Of a DNA stretch of 64,000 nt, positions 28,899 to 37,362 are shown one piece after another. The notes below the pieces were generated by a model that had not been told where the DNA came from, ran no database searches, and was given only the letters and a program-made list of their open reading frames with translations. Position 1 is the first letter of the stretch. Every line of letters begins with the position of its first letter. Origin of the DNA: Candidatus Magasanikiibacteriota bacterium (GTDB taxonomy: Bacteria; Patescibacteriota; Patescibacteriia; Magasanikbacterales; UBA922); NCBI GenBank assembly GCA_041665025.1, contig JBAYJP010000001.1, positions 211,996 to 275,995 of the forward strand. Reading direction: 5' to 3'. Made by a program: the position numbers and the translations under genes.

Positions 28899-29854
28899 AT
28901 TATTTCTGTTTTTTTCAATCTTGTTATGCTAAAGATAGCAATAAACATAATAATGGCGCCAACCCACTGTGCTAAGGTCAAAACTTTGTCATGGATAAAC
29001 CATTCCAAAATAATCGCACTGACCGGAAATACTAATTCATACATTGTCGATTGAGTAGCCGTAACTTTTTTTAATCCGTAATAATATATAAATATCGCCG
29101 TAGCTCCAGTTGTCAGAGCAATTAAAATAAATAAACCAATAAGTTTCAAATCCAACAACCCAAATCCGCTAAACCCAAGATAATTTGTTTCAACGCCCGC
29201 TTTCTTTAGCACTGCAATAACGCCAAGAACCACAATCATCACCGCCGTTGTCATAACATAACGAAGCAATGTTCCAACCCCATGACTCACATTGCTAACT
29301 GCGCGTTTTGAAAAGACAGTAGAAGAACCAAATGAAAATGCAGCAAGCACAGCTAGTAGCGCAGGTACGAGCATCCCTTGAGCGCTTAGATCAGGACGTG
29401 CAAAACCAAATGTCAGGAAATAACTTCCTATAAGCGCCACAAGAGCCCAGATGTAAAACTTTTTGTCTGGACGTTCTTTGAGAAATACAAGCGCAAGAAC
29501 AATAGCAAAAAGTGGCTGTAATTTTTGCAATAATAATACCACTGAAATATTTAATCCATTGCCATAGACCATCAAAATAGCTGCAACAATCGCCATAGTG
29601 CCGAGTGCCCCGCCAAACAAACCAACAAGTGCAAACGATACCCAATCCATTTTCTTTAATAAACTAATTTCTTGTTTTCGAGTAAAATAAAAATAGGAGA
29701 GAAAAACGAGACCTACCGCGTGCAACATAAAAACGATTGTCGGCACGTCATACAATCCCCACTTCATTATTTGCGGCGTAAAAACTACGCCGTCAAATGC
29801 CCACAAAAATGCGGCACACATGATGGACAGCGCACCAAGATACGATTTTTTCAT
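28895..29854 (-). CDS. EamA/DMT-superfamily transporter
   Basis: 10 TM helices in two EamA-like halves. Start set at MKKSYLGAL (29854), which has SD AAAGGAA 6 nt upstream; the ORF-track extension to 29887 is rejected. Confidence 0.6.
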   Translation of the reverse strand: MKKSYLGALSIMCAAFLWAFDGVVFTPQIMKWGLYDVPTIVFMLHAVGLVFLSYFYFTRKQEISLLKKMDWVSFALVGLFGGALGTMAIVAAILMVYGNGLNISVVLLLQKLQPLFAIVLALVFLKERPDKKFYIWALVALIGSYFLTFGFARPDLSAQGMLVPALLAVLAAFSFGSSTVFSKRAVSNVSHGVGTLLRYVMTTAVMIVVLGVIAVLKKAGVETNYLGFSGFGLLDLKLIGLFILIALTTGATAIFIYYYGLKKVTATQSTMYELVFPVSAIILEWFIHDKVLTLAQWVGAIIMFIAIFSITRLKKTEII

Positions 29855-30110
29855 ACGGTTCCTTTCACCCCGCCACGGCGAGGTCAATTAAGTCCCGACT
29901 AAACCACGTAGAACGTGGCGAACGGTCGGCCCACGAATCACACGTGGTCATGCTCTGTTCTTTACGAAGAACTCGGCTCGACGGCTTTACCCTAAACCAC
30001 AAGGGATTTAGGGTTTACGTCCGGTTGGCGAATATTCCACCTCAAACAAAATTACGGGCTTGTCCGCCGTAGCCTTGGCGGAGGTGGACGCCACCCTGGA
30101 ATGAATTAGA
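29855..30110 (-). promoter_or_regulatory. GC-rich, highly structured 5' leader (about 255 nt) of the DMT transporter gene; candidate riboswitch or cis-regulatory RNA of unknown class
   Basis: A series of perfect local hairpins on the minus strand: CCCUAAA..UUUAGGG, CCACGUAGAACGUGG, CCACGAAUCACACGUGG, GUUCUUCGUAAAGAAC, GGUGGACGCCACC and CCGCC..GGCGG. The leader ends directly at the SD of the transporter. Confidence 0.3.
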
Positions 30111-30181
30111 CATGTACGAAATACGAAAACTACGAAATGTACGAATTTCGAATATTTCGCAGTTTTCGTATTTCGTACATA
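30111..30181. repeat. 71-bp AT-rich palindrome built from TACGAAA-type words
   Basis: gtacgaaatacgaaaactacgaaat is near-reverse-complementary to atttcgcagttttcgtatttcgtac (1 mismatch). A related palindrome lies at 48566-48641. Confidence 0.7.
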
Positions 30182-30186
30182 AAATA

Positions 30187-31188
30187 TTATCTAGTCGCAA
30201 GTATCGCCCGTTTATAATTATCCAAATTCTCTAACGCGATACCAGTTCCTTTTGCAACACACAGCAACGGCTCTTCGGCAACATATGTAGCAACTCCAAC
30301 TGCCTGAGCAATAAGTTCATCTAAATTTCTAAGCAAACTCGAGCCACCTGACATAATAATTCCCTTATCCATCACATCTGCAGACAATTCAGGTGGTGTT
30401 TTGTGCAGTACTTCTTTTACTGCTTCGACAAGACCTTCAAGATCACTTTGTAATGCTTCAGTCGTATCATCTGACGTTACTTTGATGGTTCGTGGAAGAC
30501 CCGTAACCATATCGCGCCCTTTTACATCCATAGAGAGCGGAGTCTGCATAAACATAGCAGAACCAACAGTAATTTTCACTTCTTCGGCGCTTCGTTCCCC
30601 AATTGCTAAGCCATATTTTCTGCGCACATAATCAGCAATAGACTGGTCAAATCGATTGCCTCCAATACGAACTGAACCAACCGATACAATACCTCCAAGG
30701 GAAATGACCGCAATTTCTGCTGTTCCACCACCAACATCAATAATCATGTGTCCTGATGGCGAGCCAATGGGAATATCCGCTCCAATTGCCGCAACAATTG
30801 GTTCTTTGATAATGTATGCGGCTTTTGCTCCTGCGGCAAGCGTTGCGTCAATGACCGCGCGTCGTTCTGTCGACGTAATACCTGCAGGCACGGCAACCAT
30901 GACCTCGGGTCGAAACAAATGAATGCCACCAATTGCTTTATTGATAAAGTATCTAAGCATTGCTTCAGTTGTTTTATAACTTGCAATCACACCATCTTTA
31001 AGCGGTCGTTCCGCAATAATACTATCAGGCGTACGCCCGATCATTTCCTTTGCTTCAGCACCAACAGCCAATACTTTTCTGTCATCTTTTGATATTGCAA
31101 CCACAGACGGCTCATTAACAACAATACCCCGTTTGGGGATAAAAACAAGAACATTCGTAGTACCGAGATCTATGCCAACCTTCTTCAT
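30187..31188 (-). CDS. mreB: rod-shape-determining actin homologue MreB
   Basis: MKKVGIDLGTTNVLVF and actin-fold phosphate and adenosine motifs. Confidence 0.9.
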   Translation of the reverse strand: MKKVGIDLGTTNVLVFIPKRGIVVNEPSVVAISKDDRKVLAVGAEAKEMIGRTPDSIIAERPLKDGVIASYKTTEAMLRYFINKAIGGIHLFRPEVMVAVPAGITSTERRAVIDATLAAGAKAAYIIKEPIVAAIGADIPIGSPSGHMIIDVGGGTAEIAVISLGGIVSVGSVRIGGNRFDQSIADYVRRKYGLAIGERSAEEVKITVGSAMFMQTPLSMDVKGRDMVTGLPRTIKVTSDDTTEALQSDLEGLVEAVKEVLHKTPPELSADVMDKGIIMSGGSSLLRNLDELIAQAVGVATYVAEEPLLCVAKGTGIALENLDNYKRAILATR

Positions 31189-31195
31189 AAATTAT

Positions 31196-31318
31196 TCTAA
31201 TTATTCTAATTAACCTAATTATTCTAAAACAAATCCCAATTTCAAATTACATTAAATGTGTATAAGAAACCTTAAAGTAATTGGTCATTTTTTAGAATAA
31301 TTAGAACAATTAGAGTAA
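31196..31318. repeat. intergenic palindromic array of ATTATTCTAA words flanking the mreB upstream region
   Basis: attattctaattattctaattaacctaattattctaa ... tagaataattagaacaattagagtaattaa. Confidence 0.7.
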
Positions 31319-32812
31319 TTAAAAATGTACATCAAAACTTCTGTCTACCCTTAGATCTGTATTCAATTCATAGATAGAATCTCCCCACTTTTCCTGCGCT
31401 TCACCAGGGTTAGCAGATGTAATAGTTTTACCAAAATCCAGGTCAAGCGTCAATGGTGGCGCAAGTGTTCCTATTTGTTTTTGAATACGTAATGTATACA
31501 AACCTTTTTCAACGAGTTCTTTTATACCATCGGGCAACTGATACATAAATTGTATATTTCCTGTATTTCCCGGTTCAATTGATACAAATACACCAAACCA
31601 TTTTTTGCCAAGTTCTGTTCCCTGATCAACGCTACTCGGTTCAAAAGTTTTTACATTCTTTCCATTGTTTACCATGACAGTCACGAGCTCTGATCCATCG
31701 GGTACAAAAATACGCGTATACGTACGATATCGTGTCGTTCGCCAATCAAATGTTCCCTTATGTACATACGTCATAGATGCAGAAGCCAAATAGCGTTCTA
31801 CCTCTGATTCATGCGCCGGAGGACGCCGCGACAATGAATAATGCAAAGAACGTTCAATAGCATGATCAGTTTTCAATGCTGCCAAATTTGCATCTGCCCA
31901 CAAAAGATAATCTCCCTCTGTATCAGCCATGGTGCCATTCCAGCCTTTTTTATCTACCATTTTTTTCAAAGATTCAGATGAGGAGTACACCACAATATGC
32001 TTTTCAGAAGCAAGTGTATTGACCATAGCCCCATATTCATCTATTCTTTTCCACGCATCATTTTTGAGCCGTGCAAGCAATTCGAGCATAAGTGGCCCCA
32101 TAATTTTTTTTCGTTCCAAAAAGTGAATACCTTTTTCATCATATCCATATTCAACTTCATATTCTAATTTTTCAGTGACGTCGTCTGCAGTAAAGGTAAT
32201 GCCGTCAATCGTAATAGGGCCAACTTTTTTCATGATTTCTTCAAGCACGGTCGTGTCTATACCTACAACGGCGTCAATATCCCCTGATTTAACTCCACCT
32301 TCTCCCGTAAATAATTCAAGGCCTTTTTTTGCGCTCTCTGCAAAATCAGGAAACCAATTACTATCTCTAAAATACCACCGATCAACTTTCAACTGCTCTC
32401 TAAGTATTGCGGGCGGTACCGGGCGCCACGAATCGGGCGTATCTCTGTCAATCCTTTCGGTTCCTTCCATTTTGTCTATCTGCATGTTTCCTTTGTCCAA
32501 AGTAACAACCGCGTATGAACCAATAAACCCGCCGCCAGGCCGCAGTTCGGTATTATTTAAAAATAATAATAAATACGTCTTTGGTTCAGAAAACCCAAGC
32601 AACTCTGGCAATGCTTCAAGCAATTCTGTCCCGCTTTCTCCAAACTGGCGCTCAACTTGCTCCCGTACAAATGGAGATTCAACAATTTGTTCCGGGGTAA
32701 TACTGCTTAACCAATGATACAAAAACCACGCACTGCCTAAAAATAGGATAGCAAAAGCAAGTAATATCCATGGCCACTTTGGCGGTTTTCGTTCAAAGGG
32801 GTTATTAAACAT
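31319..32812 (-). CDS. hypothetical membrane-anchored extracytoplasmic protein (DUF4012-like)
   Basis: Single N-terminal TM helix followed by a large soluble domain; no catalytic motif recognised. Confidence 0.35.
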   Translation of the reverse strand: MFNNPFERKPPKWPWILLAFAILFLGSAWFLYHWLSSITPEQIVESPFVREQVERQFGESGTELLEALPELLGFSEPKTYLLLFLNNTELRPGGGFIGSYAVVTLDKGNMQIDKMEGTERIDRDTPDSWRPVPPAILREQLKVDRWYFRDSNWFPDFAESAKKGLELFTGEGGVKSGDIDAVVGIDTTVLEEIMKKVGPITIDGITFTADDVTEKLEYEVEYGYDEKGIHFLERKKIMGPLMLELLARLKNDAWKRIDEYGAMVNTLASEKHIVVYSSSESLKKMVDKKGWNGTMADTEGDYLLWADANLAALKTDHAIERSLHYSLSRRPPAHESEVERYLASASMTYVHKGTFDWRTTRYRTYTRIFVPDGSELVTVMVNNGKNVKTFEPSSVDQGTELGKKWFGVFVSIEPGNTGNIQFMYQLPDGIKELVEKGLYTLRIQKQIGTLAPPLTLDLDFGKTITSANPGEAQEKWGDSIYELNTDLRVDRSFDVHF

Positions 32813-32836
32813 ATATTTTAAAAAAACGGAAAAAAA

Positions 32837-34324
32837 TTATAGTCTTTTTTTCTGCGAAATATTAAATCCAAGGTATTTTCCAAACATCAGGTGGGTTACT
32901 GCGTCAATTGCAGGAATGGCCGCGACCACAATCATCGTTACAGGCAAAAGCGCCCATTGCAATAACATTATAATATATTTGTGTCTCGGATGCGACTCAG
33001 GACGGCGCGGTAGAAGTGGCAAGCTCAGTAGTGCAGAACACAACAACCCTAACATTGCCATAAGCATAAGCTTTTCGAGTAGATGAGGCGCATTAAAAAA
33101 CAACGCACTTTGTTTCACTTCTGGCGACGCAACCCACATAGGCAATCGGCCAAGTATGGTAATAAGAAGCGCTGCCAAACACCACGACCACTTCCCTTCC
33201 CATTCTATAAAAATCCACTTAAATTTTTTCCACCAGGGAATTAATTTTCCTTTTTTACGAAATTCCCACAACAGATAAGGCACATGTTCAGTCCCCCACG
33301 CCCATCGACGTTGTTGCAAGTATAAATTTTTTATACTTTGCCACCAATTATCATCGCGTACCGTATCCATAGATACGGGCAAATACATAGGAGTAACTTC
33401 ATACCTCCCGTTATACGCAAGCAGGCATTGATAAAAAATACGCGAATCCTCGCTTACAATACGCTTCTCATGAAAACCAACATCGACAATCGCTTTGAAA
33501 CTCATAGAGTGAGATGAAAACGTCACCAGAGCATCCTGACGCGCGAGAGTCGTCATCATCCAAAACGTCGTGCCAAATGCCATAATCCTAAGTATTGCCG
33601 GAGACTCCCACATATTATTGTCATAGAGAGCAATAGGTTGAAATGAACTGCGCGTTGGGTTTGGGTGCGTACAATAAAGATAGGTGAGATAGGCAAAATA
33701 CTGCGGGTGACATACCGTATCAATATCAAAGATAGTGGCAATCACATCTGCGTAATTCCATCCGCGCGCGTCAATATATTTTTTTATCTGGCTTTCTGCA
33801 AAGTGTAGGTTTGATCCCTTTCCTGGAATCTCTCCGGGCAATCCAAATGGGTGCAACGTAAATACAATATCTAAGAAACACGTGCTAAATGTCTGCTTTA
33901 CATTATGATATATCATCTCACAATGCTCTTTATTACGCTCTTCACCTGCAATCACAATAACAAACCGTGATGAATCATATGACGATGTACAAACACTTTT
34001 GACCGCAGTTTCCACCACGTCCCATGTTTCATTATAAACCGTCAAAAACACTACGTGCCATTTTGTTTTTGCTTGTGGTATTTCGTGTTGTAATGCATCT
34101 TTCCAATCAACTTTTCTAACTCGTGAAAATCTAAACCACGAGACCGTAAGGTAAAAAGAAAAATTTATAACTTTCAAAACCCAATAAATATCAAATAATA
34201 TAATGGCATAAATCATCCACAACGGCTCAAAAAAAGTCAAAACAACTGACACGAGTAATGTCAGCCATATCGAGAGGCCAGGAAGTATTTCGTAGAGACG
34301 ATAACGTTGGTAATCAGTAAGCAT
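32837..34324 (-). CDS. processive family-2 glycosyltransferase (cellulose/chitin-synthase-like)
   Basis: N-terminal TMs, a GT-A domain (VIVIAGEERN), QRRWAWG (the QxxRW processivity motif) and C-terminal TM helices. Confidence 0.65.
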   Translation of the reverse strand: MLTDYQRYRLYEILPGLSIWLTLLVSVVLTFFEPLWMIYAIILFDIYWVLKVINFSFYLTVSWFRFSRVRKVDWKDALQHEIPQAKTKWHVVFLTVYNETWDVVETAVKSVCTSSYDSSRFVIVIAGEERNKEHCEMIYHNVKQTFSTCFLDIVFTLHPFGLPGEIPGKGSNLHFAESQIKKYIDARGWNYADVIATIFDIDTVCHPQYFAYLTYLYCTHPNPTRSSFQPIALYDNNMWESPAILRIMAFGTTFWMMTTLARQDALVTFSSHSMSFKAIVDVGFHEKRIVSEDSRIFYQCLLAYNGRYEVTPMYLPVSMDTVRDDNWWQSIKNLYLQQRRWAWGTEHVPYLLWEFRKKGKLIPWWKKFKWIFIEWEGKWSWCLAALLITILGRLPMWVASPEVKQSALFFNAPHLLEKLMLMAMLGLLCSALLSLPLLPRRPESHPRHKYIIMLLQWALLPVTMIVVAAIPAIDAVTHLMFGKYLGFNISQKKRL

Positions 34325-34442
34325 AATTGTAATTTGTAATTTGAAATTTTTAATTTAAAAACAATGACAAATTTTTAATATTTCAATATTTAAAATTGCG
34401 TCATTTCAAATTGTTTAAAAATTGTGAATTGTAAATTTCAAA

Positions 34443-34718
34443 TTACCAAACTATTTTAAATTCTCCAAACTCCGCGCTTCCAACATCCATCCATACCTCA
34501 TCTACTTGTTCAACTTTGGCCCATTGGGTTCCTATTCTACACCATTCAAGCATTTTTTTCAACGCGTCTTCATTTCCCTGAGCCACAACTTCTACACTCC
34601 TATCCGGCATATTTTTTACATAACCAACAAGACCGAGCTCCTCTGCTTTTTCTTTTGCTGTTTCACGAAAAAATACCCCCTGTACTTTGCCATGAATGGT
34701 GAGGTGAAGTTGTTTCAT
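34443..34718 (-). CDS. acyP: acylphosphatase
   Basis: VQGVFFR motif and a 91-aa ferredoxin-like fold signature. Confidence 0.8.
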   Translation of the reverse strand: MKQLHLTIHGKVQGVFFRETAKEKAEELGLVGYVKNMPDRSVEVVAQGNEDALKKMLEWCRIGTQWAKVEQVDEVWMDVGSAEFGEFKIVW

Positions 34719-36103
34719 AGTTTTCTTATAACACCTTTTTCCGCGTCCACTTCTACCACATCGCCGTCTCTAAAGACTTGCGTCGCGATTTTAGTCCCCA
34801 CAATACAGGGCTTTTTAAATTCTCGGGCAACAATTGCGGCATGGCTGGCAATACCTCCCTCGTCAGTAACAAAAGCAACGGCTTTTCTCATTCCTTGTAA
34901 ATAATTTGGATGTGTGGTGTTTGCAATTAATACGTCACCTGCCTCAATACGTTTTATATCATGATGGTTGCGTATAATTCGAACCATTCCAGATACAATA
35001 CCCAACTGTGCAACGATACCTTTGACTTCGCGTTTTGATCCAATGTTTTCTGCACTCAAAATCGCTTTCTCATACTTTGAAGGCAAACCAGGAAATATCT
35101 GCAACTTCTGTTTGGCCACATTCATGGTGAAAATAAAATCTTTGTCCTTTCTTTGTTCAGTCAAATGACTCGGCCATTCATTGTTTCTTAGGCTTTCTCC
35201 TATTTCATCCAACGTCAAATATGCCAAATCATTATATTCAATTTGAAAATGGCCTGCAATCAAAATAAAAAGAAAATTCCATGCATACGCCTGCTCTCGA
35301 CGCAAATCATCTCGCCAATCTTTGAAAAAAATAATATATGGGGCTAAATCAATAAATTTTTTCTGCACAACACTAGGGCTCAATAATTTTATCAATTTAT
35401 TTCTGCTCACCATCTCAATGGGAACCGGAGGTTGTGCAGTACTCATAATCCATTCTTCTGTTATAGGCTGGTACCATACGACGGTCCATGCACGCAAAAA
35501 TTGATATTTTTTGATAAGTTTTTCGATTGAGATCCCTCGCGTTAATTCTCTACCCAGCTTCCCAATCGCAGTTTCTTTCCACGGCTTGAGACACGTGTTT
35601 ATAATTATTTCATACTTGTCTCGCAAATTATTTTTATCTATGAGACGTTCGAGTTCATCCTCAAAATCATGCTGCCAAGCCTCCAAGGCCCACCAAGGCA
35701 TGATGCTATAGTTAAAATTAACAAAATCAAAATCTTTTCTAAATTGTTTAAAAACCTTTAGCAAACCTAGTGACGAAATATTATGTTGTAATACTTTTCT
35801 CCACTTCTTCGTCGTCTCATGGGTATGCACAAGAAATTTCAAACCTTTGTGATATGATGAAATAATTTTTTTGGGAGTATTAAAATATTTTTGATACAAC
35901 ATCCTCCCCACTTTCCGAGGATCAACAACTCCACGCCTATAATATGTAAAATGTTTATCTTTAAAATAACCAAATAAATATTCGTCTTTTTTACGAGTCA
36001 TGCCCCAAATTTCTTTATACGCAGTCGACAACACACCGCAAAACGTAGACACATCACAATTTTTACGTATAAAAATTTTTTCCCATTGATATTGGTGCCC
36101 CAT
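34715..36103 (-). CDS. PEP-utilising-enzyme mobile-domain protein (phosphohistidine swivel domain) with unknown N-terminal region
   Basis: C-terminal GGIASHAAIVAREFKKPCIVG matches the PEP-utilizers phosphohistidine motif. Confidence 0.6.
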   Translation of the reverse strand: MGHQYQWEKIFIRKNCDVSTFCGVLSTAYKEIWGMTRKKDEYLFGYFKDKHFTYYRRGVVDPRKVGRMLYQKYFNTPKKIISSYHKGLKFLVHTHETTKKWRKVLQHNISSLGLLKVFKQFRKDFDFVNFNYSIMPWWALEAWQHDFEDELERLIDKNNLRDKYEIIINTCLKPWKETAIGKLGRELTRGISIEKLIKKYQFLRAWTVVWYQPITEEWIMSTAQPPVPIEMVSRNKLIKLLSPSVVQKKFIDLAPYIIFFKDWRDDLRREQAYAWNFLFILIAGHFQIEYNDLAYLTLDEIGESLRNNEWPSHLTEQRKDKDFIFTMNVAKQKLQIFPGLPSKYEKAILSAENIGSKREVKGIVAQLGIVSGMVRIIRNHHDIKRIEAGDVLIANTTHPNYLQGMRKAVAFVTDEGGIASHAAIVAREFKKPCIVGTKIATQVFRDGDVVEVDAEKGVIRKL

Positions 36104-36127
36104 ACCTCAAAAAAATCAAGCTGTTAC

Positions 36128-36496
36128 TTATTTCTTCTTCCCCAAATTCGGCTCTCCTGAATACGTCGCCGAAATATACTGCCCCTTAGCCTGTTTAAGT
36201 AATTCAGGTATTAATTCTTGAACTTTATCAGCCTGCTCGACCGAAATCGCCAAAAGAGGAATCTGTTTCACGTACGCAAATGTATTTGCCACCACGCATG
36301 CGATTCTTGTACTTGTAAATGATCCCGTTCCTACAACGACAATAATACCATCTATCTTCCTATTGGCTATTGGCTTTTGGCTATGAACTAATGAATCAAT
36401 ACAAAAAAGAAGCTCGCGATTACGACCCTCAAAGGTTTTGTCTGTACGCGTTTGTTCATCAAAAAGAGCGAGATGAATCGCGTCTCTGGAAGACAT
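36128..36496 (-). CDS. tsaB: TsaB/YeaZ-like (inactive Kae1 paralogue) short protein
   Basis: IHLALFDEQ...GIIVVVGTGSFTSTRIACVVANTFAY. The ORF-track start at 36535 is translated from the ACATAAC repeat; MSSRD at 36496 is preferred. Confidence 0.5.
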   Translation of the reverse strand: MSSRDAIHLALFDEQTRTDKTFEGRNRELLFCIDSLVHSQKPIANRKIDGIIVVVGTGSFTSTRIACVVANTFAYVKQIPLLAISVEQADKVQELIPELLKQAKGQYISATYSGEPNLGKKK

Positions 36497-36510
36497 GTCG
36501 ATAAGTAAAA

Positions 36511-36538
36511 ACATAACACATAACACATAACACATAAC
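36511..36538. repeat. tandem heptamer (ACATAAC) x4, followed by an inverted GTTATGT/GTTACGT partner at 36571-36597
   Basis: Direct reading. A related ACATAAC/GTTATGT palindromic array lies at 54897-55026. Confidence 0.8.
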
Positions 36539-36597
36539 AATTGCGTAACAAATTCGGTATGTTTGATATGTGTTACGTGTTATGTGATACGTGAAAA

Positions 36598-37191
36598 TTA
36601 TACACCCAACTCATTAACCACTTTCAAATGGTCTGCTTCAAACACCGCATACAAAAACTTATCCATAATGTATCTGCGGTCAGTAAACTCCTGAATACTC
36701 ATGACCGTGTAGCGGATTGTCTGCCCCAAATCAGTTTCGTACTGTTCGATGAGTTTGGTAAGCGTACGAGGTTTAATAGAACCCACAATGAGAAGGTCGG
36801 TCGGTGCACGTTGGTCGGTGGTAAAGACACCGGTAAAAATAAGTAATTTAATTTCTCCCGCCGCAGTAGCCAGGGCATCCATAAATTTTTGCTGTCCAAT
36901 AACTTTGTCCTTGAGAAGCAACGCTTGGAGCTCTGAGTAAATTATTGATTCAATATTCAACTGATAATACTTGCGCAATGTCGTACCCGCAATCATGGGA
37001 TCTTTTTCTTGGTCTTCTTTTTCCATCAAAATATCCAAAGATTTAAGCAGTTCCAGCTCTCTGCGGACCGCGTTTATCTGTACGCCTATTTCTCGCGAAA
37101 GCTCCCGAACAAAAAAAGTACGCTTCGGTTCACGAAAAAAAAGCTTCAATAACTTAATGCGTGTCTTTGAACCAAAAAGGTGTTCAAGCAT
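36598..37191 (-). CDS. putative winged-helix transcriptional regulator
   Basis: N-terminal HTH-like region (KTRIKLLKLFFREPKRTFFVRELSREIGVQINAVRRELELL). Divergent from the 742-aa gene. Confidence 0.4.
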   Translation of the reverse strand: MLEHLFGSKTRIKLLKLFFREPKRTFFVRELSREIGVQINAVRRELELLKSLDILMEKEDQEKDPMIAGTTLRKYYQLNIESIIYSELQALLLKDKVIGQQKFMDALATAAGEIKLLIFTGVFTTDQRAPTDLLIVGSIKPRTLTKLIEQYETDLGQTIRYTVMSIQEFTDRRYIMDKFLYAVFEADHLKVVNELGV

Positions 37192-37362
37192 ACTGTCTTA
37201 ATCAAAAGTCTATATACACTAGCCATACGTCTATTGTAAACCAAATCTCCTTATTTATCAATGTCTGTGTCTATAGCTTGGCAATTGAATAGTTTTTTAG
37301 TATACTACGCTCTATAAGAGATAACGTCAAAAAATGGAATCTAGGATTTCCACCTGGTACCT

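Noticed and set aside
29855-30110. tmRNA or RNase P RNA hypothesis for the GC-rich segment
   Set aside because: It has no tRNA-like T-arm or CCA end and no tag-peptide reading frame ending in ALAA-like residues. It also lacks the P4 GGAAAGUCCGGGC / ACAGAACCCGGCUUA motifs, and at about 250 nt it is too short for RNase P RNA.
36497-36535. N-terminal extension MCYVLCVMFLLID of the tsaB-like ORF
   Set aside because: It is encoded by the ACATAAC heptamer array; the internal Met at 36496 is preferred.
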